A DNA stretch of 64,000 nucleotides from Eledone cirrhosa (Eukaryota): NCBI GenBank assembly GCA_964016885.1, contig OZ024747.1, forward strand, positions 9,176,001 to 9,240,000, in the 5' to 3' direction. Shown piece after piece: positions 12,852 through 28,820 of this stretch; the first letter of the stretch is position 1; each line of letters begins with the position of its first letter. Under the pieces are notes generated by a model that worked only from the letters and a program-made list of their open reading frames with translations, had not been told where the DNA came from and did not search any database. The translations under genes were made by a program, and so were the position numbers.

Positions 12852-15800
12852 GGAGGTGAGTTTTATTGTAGTACAATAAAGCAATGCAGATATCGGATAA
12901 GAAGCACTCTACAGTTTGTAGGACTGGAGTATACATAATATAAGATCAAAAGATGGTTAAAGGAGTTCCATGTATTTTATTAAGCGCATTTCAAAAACAA
13001 ACATCATATGTTGATTTAAAACTGCACTATCCACAAGTGTTTTTTAGCCTTCATATCATGTTCTCCTGTTTTATCTGATGAAAACACAAATATTATTGCA
13101 TGATGATGTTTGTTTTTGAAATGCGCTTAATAAAATACATGGAACTCCTTTAACCATCTTTTGATCTTATATTATATATATATATAGATATTAAGAAGTG
13201 CATCAAGCAGCTGAAGTGTATGATAAAGTTATATCTGTATATAAACAGAGTGGGTAACCTGACAATACAATTCAATTATGATATATATTAGTTGAATACT
13301 TGATATGGCAGGAAAAGAGTCTTAATGTTTTGTAAGTTAGTCCTTCATCAGAGAATAGAGTGAGAAAGAGAAGAGAGGATGTTAGTGAGAGAAGAGAAGA
13401 AAAAATAGGAAAAGAGAAGAGAGTAAGAAAAGAAAGGAAATGTGAAAAAATTTAGACAGGTGGAAAATATGAGTAGTTAGTCTCATTTTGAAAAGGTTTC
13501 AGAATAAAGCTCATATTTTTAAGGCGAAGATCTTTAAGTGGGCATTGATTAGGATTCTTATAGTTACACTGAAGGTTGTTATCCTGTATACGCAAGGAAT
13601 TAGTTTGACTGGTGGAAGTGGTAATTGCTTTATTAGGATTATTTTGCTTATTTGAATTATCAAGCTTGTCTATTGTATAGATGTGTTTCCGGATTTTTCT
13701 ATTATTGCTAGAGGCAAAATAGTCTGTTAAGTGAAGTGTGGTGGAGAAAAATAGCTTAATAGAATTATTATTTTAAAGTCTATGGCATCTATGGTTAGGT
13801 AGGAAGATTTCTTCTCATATATGAAAAAATATTTTAGGTATATTTGAAGCTACATGCTGGCTGAATAGTGGATTAAACAGGTGGAACAACAGCAGTGGTT
13901 CCTTTTCTTAATTACAGGTGGGACATTTTTATTATGGGAAATGTTAAAGGAAGGATTATTTGTATGATTGTATGATTCATTATCTTTAGATTAAAGGGAT
14001 TTAGAAGTATCAGAAATATCAAAGTTCTTAGGATGAGGTGTAGTTTTAAAATCATTGCAGATCTCTTCAGGTGGATATAAGTTATATTTTAATATACAAT
14101 AGTAGTTGTTACTATTATTACTGCTATTATTTTTAACATTCTAGGTGTTGTGAGTATTATTGATATCATTATTATTGTTATTAGGCAGCGGATTGGCAGT
14201 ATCGGTAGAGGGTCGGACGCCATGCTTTGACGCATAGAGTTATGCTCCTTGCCATTCTGAGTTCAAATCCCGCCGAGGTTAACTTTGCCTTTCATCCTTA
14301 CGGGGTCGATAAAATAAAGTACCAGTAATGCACTGGGTAATTGCTGGCCTTGTGCCAAAAGTAGAAACAATTATTATTGTTATTATTATGAAAGTTATTC
14401 TTTAGACTTCATTTATTTTTTATTAATCCAAGTGTCAGGTTTTCATTTTTTTGTATTATTAAAAGTGATAATATTAAAAGTATGAATTATATCATTAGTT
14501 TAAATAGCTTTAAGCTGAATCTTTTCTGTAAATCCAGATTTATATAAGGCCTCGTTATAACACTGTAAATCTAGATCTATATAAGTCCATGTTATAATAC
14601 TGTAAATCTAGATCTATATAAGTCCATGTTATAACACTGTAAATCTAGATCTATATAAGGCCTCATTATAATACTGTAAATCTAGATCTATATAAGGCCT
14701 CGTTATAACACTGTATATCTAGATCTATATAAGTCCTTGTTATAACACTGTAAATCTAGATCTATATAAGGCCTCATTATAATACTGTAAATCTAGATCT
14801 ATATAAGTCCTTGTTATAACACTGTAAATCTAGATCTATATAAGGCCTCATTATAATACTGTAAATCTAGATCTATATAAGTCCTTGTTATAACACTGTA
14901 AATCTAGATCTATATAAGGCCTTGTTATAACACTGTATATCTAGATCTATATAAGGCCTTGTTATAACACTGTATATTAGATCTATATAAGGCCTCGTTA
15001 TAATACTGTATATCTAGATCTATGTAAGGCCTTGTTATAACACTGTATATTAGATCTATATAAGGCCTTGTTATAACACTGTATATCTAGATCTATGTAA
15101 GGCCTTGTTATAATACTGTAAATCTAGATCTATATAAGGCCTTGTTATAATACTGTAAATCTAGATCTATATAAGGCCTTGTTATAATACTGTAAATCTA
15201 GATCTATATAAGGCCTTGTTATAATACTGTATATCTAGATCTATATAAGGCCTCGTTATAATACTGTATATCTAGATCTATGTAAGGCCTTGTTATAGTT
15301 CTGTACATTAAGGTAAAAAATGTTCCTATTTGCCGAAAGTTTAGAGATTCTTATAGAAACATTATTAACAAGAAATTTAATTATATACCTGGGGTGGTTT
15401 GATAGATTACTAACATAAAAGAGCTGTTCCCCAGGTTTATGAAATGGTTTATATAGACCTGTGTCTAATTCAAAGGTGATATCCAGAAAATTTCGTATTA
15501 ATATCAATAGTTAAGGTTAAGTTGTAGATTTAAAATAAATTATATAAATGTTTCTTAGTTCTATCTAAATCATTATTACTACAGTTAAGCATAAAAAGGG
15601 CATTGTCTCTATATAAACTGCCTTCTAAAAGGGGATAAGCTAAACCTTAATTTATGTAAAATAAATAAACCAGCCAAGTCGGTTACCTGAGTTGAATCGC
15701 TGAACCCCATAATGATATCAGACAGACGTAAAACAGATCACATGAAAATATCAAATAGATGTACAACAGTTGTAAGCTTACCTGCTTAGAATCCAGGCAG

Positions 15801-18731
15801 TGGAGACAGAGATTGTGCCAGCTGGTGATATATGGTAAGATAAGGTCATAATTGAATGGGTTACAGTAGATGTGGACACAATTCTGCTTTATCAGAAGGA
15901 TAACATCTGGTGAGATAACAAGATTTATCACATGTTAGTGATATATAAAATAAGCAATGTGATATCAACGAATCACAAGTTTTATTTCATGGCTGAGAAA
16001 CATTATTTCACATTTAGGGGAAGTGGTATCAATAAGGTTTTGAGAAATTATATCTTGAATAATGGTAATGATGGTGATGATCATCATTATTATCACCACT
16101 ACAACCACCACCACCAACCACCACCACCACTATAACCACCACCACCACCACCACTACAACCACCACCATCATCACCACTATAACCCCACAACCATCACCA
16201 CCTCTACAACCACAGCCACCACCACCACCACAACCATCACCACTATAACCACACCTCCACCACCACACCACCACCATCACCACCACTACAACCACAGCCA
16301 CCACCACTACAACCAGCACCATCATCACCACTATAACCCCACAACCATCACCACCTCTACAACCACAGCCACCACCACCACCACAACCATCACCACTATA
16401 ACCACACCTCCACCACCACACCACCACCATCACTACCACTACAACCACAGCCACCACCACTACAACCAGCACCATCATCACCACTATAACCCCACAACCA
16501 TCACCACCTCTACAACCACAGCCACCACCACCACCACAACTATCACCACTATAACCACACCTCCACCACCACACCACCACCATCACCACCACTACAACCA
16601 CAGCCACCACCATCATCATCAACATCATTTAACATTTTTTTTAATGGTTTAATCAGAATAGAAAGGGCAACATTCCAACCTCCTTTTACATGGTTTCAGA
16701 AATAGTGAAATTGGCAGTAGTAGCAGTTGTAGTGGTAGTGGTGGTGGTGGTAGTGGTTGTGGTGGTAGTAGTAGTTGTAGTGGTGGTAGTGGCGGTGGTG
16801 GTGGTGGTGGTGGTGGTAGTAGTAGTAGTTGTAGTGGTAGTAGTGGTTGTAGTAGTTATGGTAGTAGTAGTTGTAGTGGTAGTGGTGGTAGTAGTTGTGG
16901 TGGTAGTAGTAGTTATGGTAGTAGTGGTGGTAGTGGTTGTGGTGGTAGTAGTAGTTATGGTAGTAGTAGTTGTAGTGGTGGTAGTAGCAGTTGTAGTGGT
17001 AGTGGTGGTGGTGGTAGTGGTTGTGGTTGTGGTGGTAGTAGCAGTTGTAGTGGTAGTGGTGGTGGTGGTAGTGGTTGTGGTGGTAGTAGTAGTTGTAGTG
17101 GTTGTGGTGGTAGTAGTAGTTATGGTAGTAGTAGTTGTAGTGGTAGTGGTGGTGGTGTTAGTGGTAGTGATGGTAGTAGTAGTTGTAGTGGTGGTAGTGG
17201 TTGTGGTAGTAGTAGTAGTAGTTATGGTAGTAGTAGTTGTAGTGGTGGTAGTGGTTGTGGTGGTAGTAGTAGTTATGGTAGTAGTAGTTGTAGTGGTAGT
17301 GGTGGTGGTGGTAGTGGCTGTGGTGGTAGTGGTTGTGGCGGTAGTGGCTATGGTGGTAGTGGTTGTGGTGGTAGTGGCTGTGGTGATAGCACCCAGTACA
17401 CACTGTAAAAGTGGTTGTCATTAAGAAATGGCATTCAGCCATAGAAATAGAAACGAAGCCAAAATGAAGTTCTGTATGAGCAAGACATGGTCATCTGATC
17501 TGGTTTACAACACCACAAACCATCTAACACAAGCTAGTGGGGAAAAAATGGATGTTAAACTGTGATGATGATGATGATGACTCTTTCATTGAGGAAAGTC
17601 TGAAACTTTGCAGACCCATCACACCCATCTTAAACTCAGGAAAAAACAAGATTAATAATTGTTTCTACGTTTGGCACAAGGCCAGCAAATACCCAGTGCA
17701 TTACTGGTACTTTATTTTATCGACCCTGTAAGGATGAAAGGCAAAGTTAACCTCGGCGGGATTTGAACTCAGAATGGCAAGGGCCGTAACTCTATGCGTC
17801 AAAGCATGGCGTCCGACCCTCTACCAATACTGCCAATCCACTAATAATAAAATAAGTGAAAACAAAAGAAACTAAACAAAACAATAAGAGATCAATATTT
17901 ACTAATTACCATCAATAAGTTCATCAGGAAATCTGGAAATAAAAATAAAACAATAACATCAACAGCAATAATAATAATTGTTTCTACTTTTGGCCCAAGG
18001 CCAGCAATTATCCCAGTGCATTACTGGTACTTTATTTTATCGACCCCATAAGGATGAAAGGCAAAGTTAACCTCGGCGATAATTGAACTCAGAATGGTAA
18101 GAGCCGTAACTCTATGCTGCAAAGCATGGCGTCCGACCTTCTACCGATACTGCTAATCCACCAATAATAATTTCTAATTTAGGCACAAGACCAACAATAT
18201 TTTGGAGGAAGGGGCAAGTCAGTTATAGTGACCCCAGGACTTGTCTGATGATCTTGTGAGTGTACAGGTAAAACTCCAGGGTAACATGACTCACTACTGT
18301 CATGAGTTTGATTCCTGGGCTGGGTTGTGTGTTGTGTTCTTGAGCAAAACACTTCATTTCATATTGCTCCAGTATACTCAGCCGAAAATGAGTACCAGTA
18401 ATAACTGGGGGTTCAACCCTGCGATGGACTGGCTTCCTGTCCAGGGGGGAGTCTTGTACTCTCAGTCGCTTCACGCCATAAAACCAGGATAAGCACCAGC
18501 CTAACGAGCTTCAAATGGCTTAAGACAGACTTTTTTAGACTCTCTTCTCTCAACTACATCGGTGTAGTTGACGGAGAGGAGAGAAGAGTACTCAATACCA
18601 AAAGTAGAGTTTAAATATTCATTTATTATGCTTAAGTAGTGACTCTTGTTACACTGGCATTTCACCTGTGCACTCACAGGATGGATGTATGAATATCTGC
18701 ATGCATCCAAGCATGTATGAATATATATATA

Positions 18732-18772
<41 letters not shown>

Positions 18773-18843
18773 ATATATATATACAGAAATAGCCGTCGAA
18801 ACGGCTTGAGCTCTGCCGTCGGGGTCATACTTTTTCCTATATA

Positions 18844-18892
<49 letters not shown>

Positions 18893-19616
18893 ATACATAC
18901 ATCCGGGAGAGATGACCCCTTAGCCTTTGTCAAGGCAGAATTCTAGGAGAAGGAAAACTCTGATATAACACCTTCAACCCTGATGGTATCCAATGATGTT
19001 GACTTGTTCTTCTTTTTGGTAAATATCATCTTGGTTAAGAGAGTGGGACTGGCTTTGTGCAGTGCCTTTGCTCACTATAAAAGCTTCACAGCACAGGCAT
19101 TGCTTTATATCTGGAGATCTCTCTGCACTTGTCGTCACATGGTACCATGGGCCCAGCACTATGTGTCAATAATTGTCACAAGTGTAGTGTTTGTACCAGA
19201 GTTTTCAAGTCGCTGGCTGGACTAAAAAGTCACACTCGTTCAGCGCATCGGTAGGGGTTCTCCTACATGGATATAAAGTAGTGGCCGTACTCGAAAACGA
19301 GTTGGCAGCCACCAGGTTTGTATGTAGCACTTGTTTATGTATGTCTGTATATATATGACTGTGTGTGTGTGTGCTTATTGCTAAGTATGAGTATATTTGA
19401 ATGTATGTATATAACATTTGATTACATAAGTCTGCAAGTGGGTGTATATTAACGCGTATGTGTATATGTATGTATATAACACCTGTTTATTTCTTTTTGC
19501 TAGTATGTGTATATGAGTGTATGTATCTTTGTATGTATGCACGTATATATATATTATATATGTATGCATATATGCATGTATGTATTTATGTATATATGCA
19601 TGTGTGTCTATATGGT

Positions 19617-19678
<62 letters not shown>

Positions 19679-19681
19679 ACC

Positions 19682-19720
<39 letters not shown>

Positions 19721-20402
19721 TACTTGTATATATGAGTGCATGTAACAGCTGTTTACATATAACTGCAAGTGTGTGTGTATGAAGGTGTGTGTGTATGAAG
19801 GTGTGTGTGTGTATGAAGGTGTGTGTGTGTATATGAAGGTGTGTGTGTATGAAGGTGTGTGTGTGTATGAAGGTGTGTGTGTGTATGAAGGTGTATGTGT
19901 ATGAAGGTGTGTGTGTGTATGAAGGTGTGTGTGTGTGTATGGAGGTGTGTGTGTATGAAGGTGTGTTTGTGTATGAAGGTGTGTGTGTGTATGAAGGTGT
20001 GTGTGTGTGTATGAAGGTGTGTGTGTGTATGAAGGTGTGTGTGTGTGTATGAAGGTGTGTGTGTGTATGAAGGTGTGTGTGTGTATGAAGGTGTGTGTGT
20101 ATGAAGGTGTGTGTGTGTATATATATACATGTCACTGTGACATGTCAATGCCTGCTACCCCAGCTACCCCAGAAACTCCCCTCCCCCCTTTCCAGCTGTA
20201 GATTAAGGAATTAACTCTGAGACATTGTAGAGGATTCCCTTATCTCTTGATAGTGACACCATTGATTCTATAAAGGTTGACTGACTTGTTCAACATTTCT
20301 CTCTCTCTCTGAACACCCCTCTACCAGTCTCTCTCTCCCTCTCTCTCTGTTCACCCCTCTACCAGTCTCTCTCTCTCTCCCTCTCTCAGTACACCCATCT
20401 AC

Positions 20403-20437
<35 letters not shown>

Positions 20438-20482
20438 CACCCCTCTACCAGTCTCTCTCTCTCTCTCTGAACACCCCTCTAC

Positions 20483-20537
<55 letters not shown>

Positions 20538-23500
20538 CCTCCCTCTCTCTCTGAACACCCATCTACCAGTCTCACACTCTCTCTCTCTACACCCATCTAC
20601 CAGTCTCTCTCCCTCTCTCTCTACACCCATCTACCAGTCTCTCTCTCTCTCTCTCTCTACACCCATCTACCAGTCTCTCTCTCTCTCCCTCTGTACATCC
20701 ATCTACCAGTCTCTCTCTCTCTCCCCCTCTCTCTGTACACCCATCTACCAGTCTCTCTCTCTCTCTGAACACCCATCTACCAGTCTCACACTCTCTCTCC
20801 CTCTCTCTGTACACCCCTCTACCAGTCTCTCTCTCTCTCTCTCCCTACACCCATCTACCAGTCTCTTTCTCTCTCTCCCTCTTTCTCTACACCCATCTAC
20901 CAGTCTCTCTCTCTCTCTCTCTCTCCACCCATCTACCAGTCTCTCTCTCTCTCCCCCTCTCTCTGTACACCCATCTACCAGTCTCTCTCTCTCTCCCCCT
21001 CTCTCTGTACACCCATCTACCAGTCTCTCTCTCCCTCTCTCTCTGTACACCCATCTACCAGTCTCTCTCCCTCTCTCTGCACTCCCCTCTACCAGTCTCT
21101 CTCTCTCTGCACTCCCCTCTACCAGTCTCTCTCTCTCTCTCTCTATACACCCTCTATCAGTAACCCCCACCCCTGCCCAGAATTTGTTGGTATGGATTTC
21201 TATCAATCTGGTATTTAGTTTTCATCTTTGCAATAATGATGATAATAATGATGATGATGATGTCATTTGAAATATTACAATCACAAACAATGAACATGAG
21301 TGGATGATGGGAATAGAACCAGTGATGACTTGTGAAGAGAAATAGAATGAGATGGTTGGGTCATGTGTTGAGGAAGGATGATGGGAATAGAACCAGTGAT
21401 GACTTGTGAAGAAAAATAGAATGAGATGGTTGGGTCATGTGTTGAGGAAGGATGATGGGAATAGAACCAGTGATGACTTGTGAAGAAAAATAGAATGAGA
21501 TGGTTGGGTCATGTGTTGAGGAAGGATGATGGGAATAGAACCAGTGATGACTTGTGAAGAAAAATAGAATGAGATGGTTGGGTCATGTGTTGAGGAAGGA
21601 TGATGGGAATAGAACCAGTGATGACTTGTGAAGAGAAATAGAATGAGATGGTTGGGTCATGTGTTGAGGAAGGATGATGGGAATAGAACCAGTGATGACT
21701 TGTGAAGAGAAATAGAATGAGATGGTTGGGTCATGTGTTGAGGAAGGATGATGGGAATAGAACCAGTGATGACTTGTGAAGAGAAATAGAATGAGATGGT
21801 TGGGTCATGTGTTGAGGAAGGATGATGGGAATAGAACCAGTGATGACTTGTGAAGAGAAATAGAATGAGATGGTTGGGTCATGTGTTGAGGAAGGATGAT
21901 GGGAATAGAACCAGTGATGACTTGTGAAGAGAAATAGAATGAGATGGTTGGGTCATGTGTTGAGGAAGGATGATGGGAATAGAACCAGTGATGACTTGTG
22001 AAGAAAAATAGAATGAGATGGTTGGGTCATGTGTTGAGGAAGGATGATGGGAATAGAACCAGTGATGACTTGTGAAGAGAAATAGAATGAGATGGTTGGG
22101 TCATGTGTTGAGGAAGGATGATGGGAATAGAACCAGTGATGACTTGTGAAGAAAAATAGAATGAGATGGTTGGGTCATGTGTTGAGGAAGGATGATGGGA
22201 ATAGAACCAGTGATGACTTGTGAAGAGAAATAGAATGAGATGGTTGGGTCATGTGTTGAGGAAGGATGATGGGAATAGAACCAGTGATGACTTGTGAAGA
22301 AAAATAGAATGAGATGGTTGGGTCATGTGTTGAGGAAGGATGATGGGAATAGAACCAGTGATGACTTGTGAAGAGAAATAGAATGAGATGGTTGGGTCAT
22401 GTGTTGAGGAAGGATGATGGGAATAGAACCAGTGATGACTTGTGAAGAAAAATAGAATGAGATGGTTGGGTCATGTGTTGAGGAAGGATGATGGGAATAG
22501 AACCAGTGATGACTTGTGAAGAGAAATAGAATGAGATGGTTGGGTCATGTGTTGAGGAAGGATGATGGGAATAGAACCAGTGATGACTTGTGAAGAAAAA
22601 TAGAATGAGATGGTTGGTCATGTGTTGAGGAGGATGAAAGTGATTAGGTGAGAGAAGAGAAGGAAATGAATTTTGAAAAGGAAGAAAGATATGGCTTAAA
22701 GATGATGGAGGAGGAAATGAAAGCCAAGAAGGAAATGTGGAGAAGCTTCTCATGGGGCCTACATGGGGAACCCTTGATTTAGCAGGAAAGATGTCCTTAA
22801 AATACTGTTGCTGTAGTGGATGTGTATAACATGTAACTCTTCATATATGTAACACACACATGTATGTAACACACACATGTAACACACACACACATGTATG
22901 TAACACACACACACATGTATGTAACACACACACACATGTATGTAACACACACATGTAACACACACACGTTTGTAACACACACACACATGTATGCAACACA
23001 CACACACATGTATGTAACACACACATGTAACACACACATGTATGTAACACACACATGTAACACACACACGTTTGTAACACACACACATGTATGCAACACA
23101 CACACACATGTATGTAACACACACATGTAACACACACATGTATGTAACACACACATGTAACACACACACACATGTATGTAACACACATGTAACACACACA
23201 TGTATGTAACACACATGTAACACACACATGTATGTAACACACACATGTAACACACATACACATGTATGTAACACACATACATGTAACACACACACACATG
23301 TATGTAACACACACACACATGTATGTAACACACACATGTATGTAACACACACACACGAGAAAAGAAAAACTTCAACTCAACAAGAAAAGACATTAACACA
23401 TACACACACACAGTGATGTAATAATCACATACAAGCACATACACACACACACAGTGATGTAATAATCACATACAAGCACATACACACACACACAGTGATG

Positions 23501-26500
23501 TAATAATCACATACAAGCACATACACACACACAGAGTGATGTAATAATCACATACAAGCACATACACACACACACAGTGATGTAATAATCACATACAAGC
23601 ACATACACACACACACAGTGATGTAATAATCACATACAAGCACATACACACACACACAGTGATGTAATAATCACATACAAGCACACACACACACACGCAC
23701 AGTGATGTAATAATCACATACAAGCACATACACACACATGCAGTGATGTAATAATCACATACAAGCACATACACACACACAGTGATGTAATAATCACATA
23801 CAAGCACATACACACACACACACACACAGTGATGTAATAATCACATACAAGCACATACACACACACACAGTGATGTAATAATCACATACAAGCACATACA
23901 CACACACACAGTGATGTAATAATCACATACAAGCACATACACACACACACACAGTGATGTAATAATCACATACAAGCACACACACACACACACAGTGATG
24001 TAATAATCACATACAAGCACATACACACACACACAGTGATGTAATAATCACATACAAGCACATACACACACACACAGTGATGTAATAATCACATACAAGC
24101 ACATACACACACACAGAGTGATGTAATAATCACATACAAGCACATACACACATACACAGTGATGTAATAATCACATACAAGCACATACACACACACACAG
24201 TGATGTAATAATCACATACAAGCACATACACACATACACAGTGATGTAATAATCACATACAAGCACATACACACATATACAATGAAATACACCACATTAC
24301 ACATCACACAAGTACACAGAACAATACATATACACACAGGCATGCACACACACATACTTGCATACACATATGTACACACACTTCCGCAACAGTCATAAAG
24401 TGGTAGAGATGTTTTAAGGTGCAGTGAGATAGTGCAGCAATATTGGTGCAGTGGAAGAAAGCCATACAACATTGCACTCCTATCTTGAGAGTAGCTGATG
24501 TGTGAGAGTCATAGCTATACACATACTTGTATATACACATACTTGTATACACATACACACACACACGTTTATGTGTGCGTGTGTATGCATGGGGGGGGGT
24601 ATTGTCTACTGATATCATGTGATTGTAAATGCATGATTATTTGGTGCATAAATGCATGTGTGTGATAGCATGTGTGTGATAGCATGAGTGTGATATCATG
24701 TGTGTGATATCATGTGTGTGATATCAAGTGTGTGATATCATGAGTATGATAGCATGAGTGTGATAGCATGAGTGTGATAGCATGAGTACGATATCATGTG
24801 TGTGATATCATGTGTGTGATATCATGTGTGTGATATCAAGTGTGTGATATCAAGTGTGTGATATCATGTGTGTGACAGCATGTGTGATATAATATCTCTT
24901 TATACATTCACTGTGTTTATCTATCCAGTCAACATCTCCACACTGTGTCAACCTATCCAGTCAACATCTCCACTGTGTCAACCTATCCAGTCAACATCTA
25001 CACTCTGTCAACCTATCCAGTCAACATCTCCACTGTGTCAACCTATCCTGTCAACATCTACACTCTGTCAACCTACCCAGTCAACATCTACACACTGTGT
25101 CAACCTATCCAGTCAACATCTACACTCTGTCAACCTATCCAGTCAACATCTCCACTGTGTCAACATCTACACACTGTGTCAACCTATCCTGTCAACATCT
25201 CCACTGTGTCAACCTATCCAGTCAACATCTACACTGTGTCAACCTATCCAGTCAATATCTACACACTGTGTCAACCTATCCAGTCAACATCTACACTGTG
25301 TCAACCTATCCAGTCAACATCTACACACTGTGACAACCTATCCAGTCAACATCAACACTGGGTCAACCTATCCAATCAACATCTACACTGTGTCAACCTA
25401 TCCAGTCAACATCTACACTGTCAACCTATCCAGTCAATATCAACACACTGTGTCAACCTATCCAGTCAACATCTCCACTGTGTCAACATCAACACACTGT
25501 GTCAACCTATCCTGTCAACATCTACACACTGTGTCTATATATCCAGTCAACATCTACACTGTGTCAACCTATCCTGTCAACATCTACACAGTGTCTATAT
25601 ATCCAGTCAACATCTACACACTGTGTCAACCTATCCAGTCAACATCTACACTGTGCCAACCTATCCAGTCAACATCTACACTGTGTCAACCTATCCAGTC
25701 AAAATCTACACACTGTGTCAACCTATCCAGTCAACATCAACACACTGTGTCAACCTATCCAGTCAACATCTACACTGTGTCAACCTATCCAGTCAACATC
25801 AACACACTGTGTCAACCTATCCAGTCAACATCTACACTGTGTCAACCTATCCAGTCAACATCAACACACTGTGTCAACCTATCCAGTCAACATCTCCACT
25901 GTGTCAACATCAACACACTGTGTCAACCTATCCTGTCAACATCTACACACTGTGTCTATATATCCAGTCAACATCTACACTGTGTCAACCTATCCAGTCA
26001 ACATCTACACACTGTGTCAACCTATCCTGTCAACATCTACACACTGTGTCAACCTATCCTGTCAACATCTACACACTGTGTCTATATATCCAGTCAACAT
26101 CTACACACTGTGTCAACCTATCCAGTCAACATCTACACACTGTGTCAACCTATCCTGTCAACATCTACACACTGTGTCTATATATCCAGTCAACATCTAC
26201 ACACTGTGTCAACCTATCCAGTCAACATCTCCACTGTGTCAACCTATCCAATCAACATCTACACACTGTGTCAACCTATCCAGTCAACATCTACACACTG
26301 TGTCAACCTATCCAGTCAACATCTCCACTGTGTCAACGTATCCAGTCAACATCTACACTGTGTCAACCTATCCAGTCAACATCTACACACTGTGTCAACC
26401 TATCCAGTCAACATCTACACTGTGTCAACCTATCCAGTCAACATCTACACACTGTGTCAACCTATTCAGTCAACATCTACACTGTGTCAACCTATCCAGT

Positions 26501-28770
26501 CAACATTAACATACTGTGTCAACGTATCCTGTCAACATCTCCACTGTGTCAACCTATCCAGTCAACATCTACACTGTGTCAACCTATCCAGTCAATATCT
26601 ACACACTGTGTCAACCTATCCAGTCAACATCTACACTGTGTCAACCTATCCAGTCAACATCTACACACTGTGACAACCTATCCAGTCAACATCAACACTG
26701 CGTCAACCTATCCAATCAACATCTACACTGTGTCAACCTATCCAGTCAACATCTACACTGTCAACCTATCCAGTCAACATCAACACACTGTGTCAACCTA
26801 TCCAGTCAACATCTCCACTGTGTCAACATCAACACACTGTGTCAACCTATCCTGTCAACATCTACACACTGTGTCTATATATCCAGTCAACATCTACACT
26901 GTGTCAACCTATCCTGTCAACATCTACACAGTGTCTATATATCCAGTCAACATCTACACACTGTGTCAACCTATCCAGTCAACATCTACACTGTGCCAAC
27001 CTATCCAGTCAACATCTACACTGTGTCAACCTATCCAGTCAACATCTACACACTGTGTCAACCTATCCAGTCAACATCAACACACTGTGTCAACCTATCC
27101 AGTCAACATCTACACTGTGTCAACCTATCCAGTCAACATCAACACACTGTGTCAACCTATCCAGTCAACATCTACACTGTGTCAACCTATCCAGTCAACA
27201 TCAACACACTGTGTCAACCTATCCAGTCAACATCTCCACTGTGTCAACATCAACACACTGTGTCAACCTATCCTGTCAACATCTACACACTGTGTCTATA
27301 TATCCAGTCAACATCTACACTGTGTCAACCTATCCAGTCAACATCTACACTGTGTCAACCTATCCAGTCAACATCTACACACTGTGTCAACCTATCCTGT
27401 CAACATCTACACACTGTGTCAACCTATCCTGTCAACATCTACACACTGTGTCTATATATCCAGTCAACATCTACACACTGTGTCAACCTATCCAGTCAAC
27501 ATCTACACACTGTGTCAACCTATCCTGTCAACATCTACACACTGTGTCTATATATCCAGTCAACATCTACACACTGTGTCAACCTATCCAGTCAACATCT
27601 CCACTGTGTCAACCTATCCAATCAACATCTACACACTGTGTCAACCTATCCAGTCAACATCTACACACTGTGTCAACCTATCCAGTCAACATCTCCACTG
27701 TGTCAACGTATCCAGTCAACATCTACACTGTGTCAACCTATCCAGTCAACATCTACACACTGTGTCAACCTATCCAGTCAACATCTACACACTGTGTCAA
27801 CCTATCCAGTCAACATCTACACTGTGTCAACCTATCCAGTCAACATCTACACACTGTGTCAACCTATTCAGTCAACATCTACACTGTGTCAACCTATCCA
27901 GTCAACATTAACACACTGTGTCAACGTATCCAGTCAACATCTACACTGTGTCAACCTATCCAGTCAACATCTACACACTGTGTCAACCTATCCAGTCAAC
28001 ATCTCCACTGTGTCAACCTATCCAATCAACATCTACACACTGTGTCTATATATCCAGTCAACATCTACACACTGTGTCAACCTATCCAGTCAATATCTAC
28101 ACTCTGTCAACCTATCCTGTCAACATCTACACACTGTGTCAACCTATCCAGTCAACATCTACACACTGTGTCAACCTATCCAGTCAACATCTACACTCTG
28201 TCAACCTATCCTGTCAACATCTACACACTGTGTCAACGTATCCAGTCAACATCTACACACTGTATCAACCTATCCAGTCAACATCTCCACTGTCAACATC
28301 AACACACTGTGTCAACCTATCCAGTCAACATCTACACACTGTGTCAACCTATCCAGTCAACATCTACACACTGTGTCAACCTATCCAGTCAACATCTACA
28401 CACTGTGTCAACCTATCCAGTCAACATCTACACTGTGTCAACCTATCCAGTCAACATCTACACACTGTGTCAACCTATTCAGTCAACATCTACACTGTGT
28501 CAACCTATCCAGTCAACATTAACACACTGTGTTTATCATGTTGTATGTTGTGTTCATCTGTCAATCCTAAACAGTTAATGAAGTAAATTAAAAAGTAATG
28601 ACTCACCTATTACTGTTTGGCTGTTTCTGGCTGAAGACATCAAAAAGGAGGTATTTAGTCAATTGGTGACAACCTTTATTATATACACTGTCAATACCTT
28701 GAAGAGATAGAGAGAGGTTGAGAGAGAGAGGGAAACAGAGAGATCGATCGAACAGAGAGTGAGTGAGGGC

Positions 28771-28820
<50 letters not shown>

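Larger units (their letters stand above)
13190..15680 (-). mobile_element. Decayed Penelope-like retroelement (RT C-terminus, linker, 3' repeat), interrupted by a SINE and a 37-bp array
   Basis: [10 protein letters not shown] (degenerate YRDD) near 15610. [20 protein letters not shown]...SNHP...RISKLS in ORF 15256..15507. FNPLFS-like linker near 13870. Degenerate CTGATGA core at about 13345-13351. Confidence 0.75.

Noticed and set aside
24868-28586. ORFs of up to 988 aa
   Set aside because: They are translations of a stop-poor minisatellite open in all three frames, inside a DNAAF9 intron on the opposite strand.
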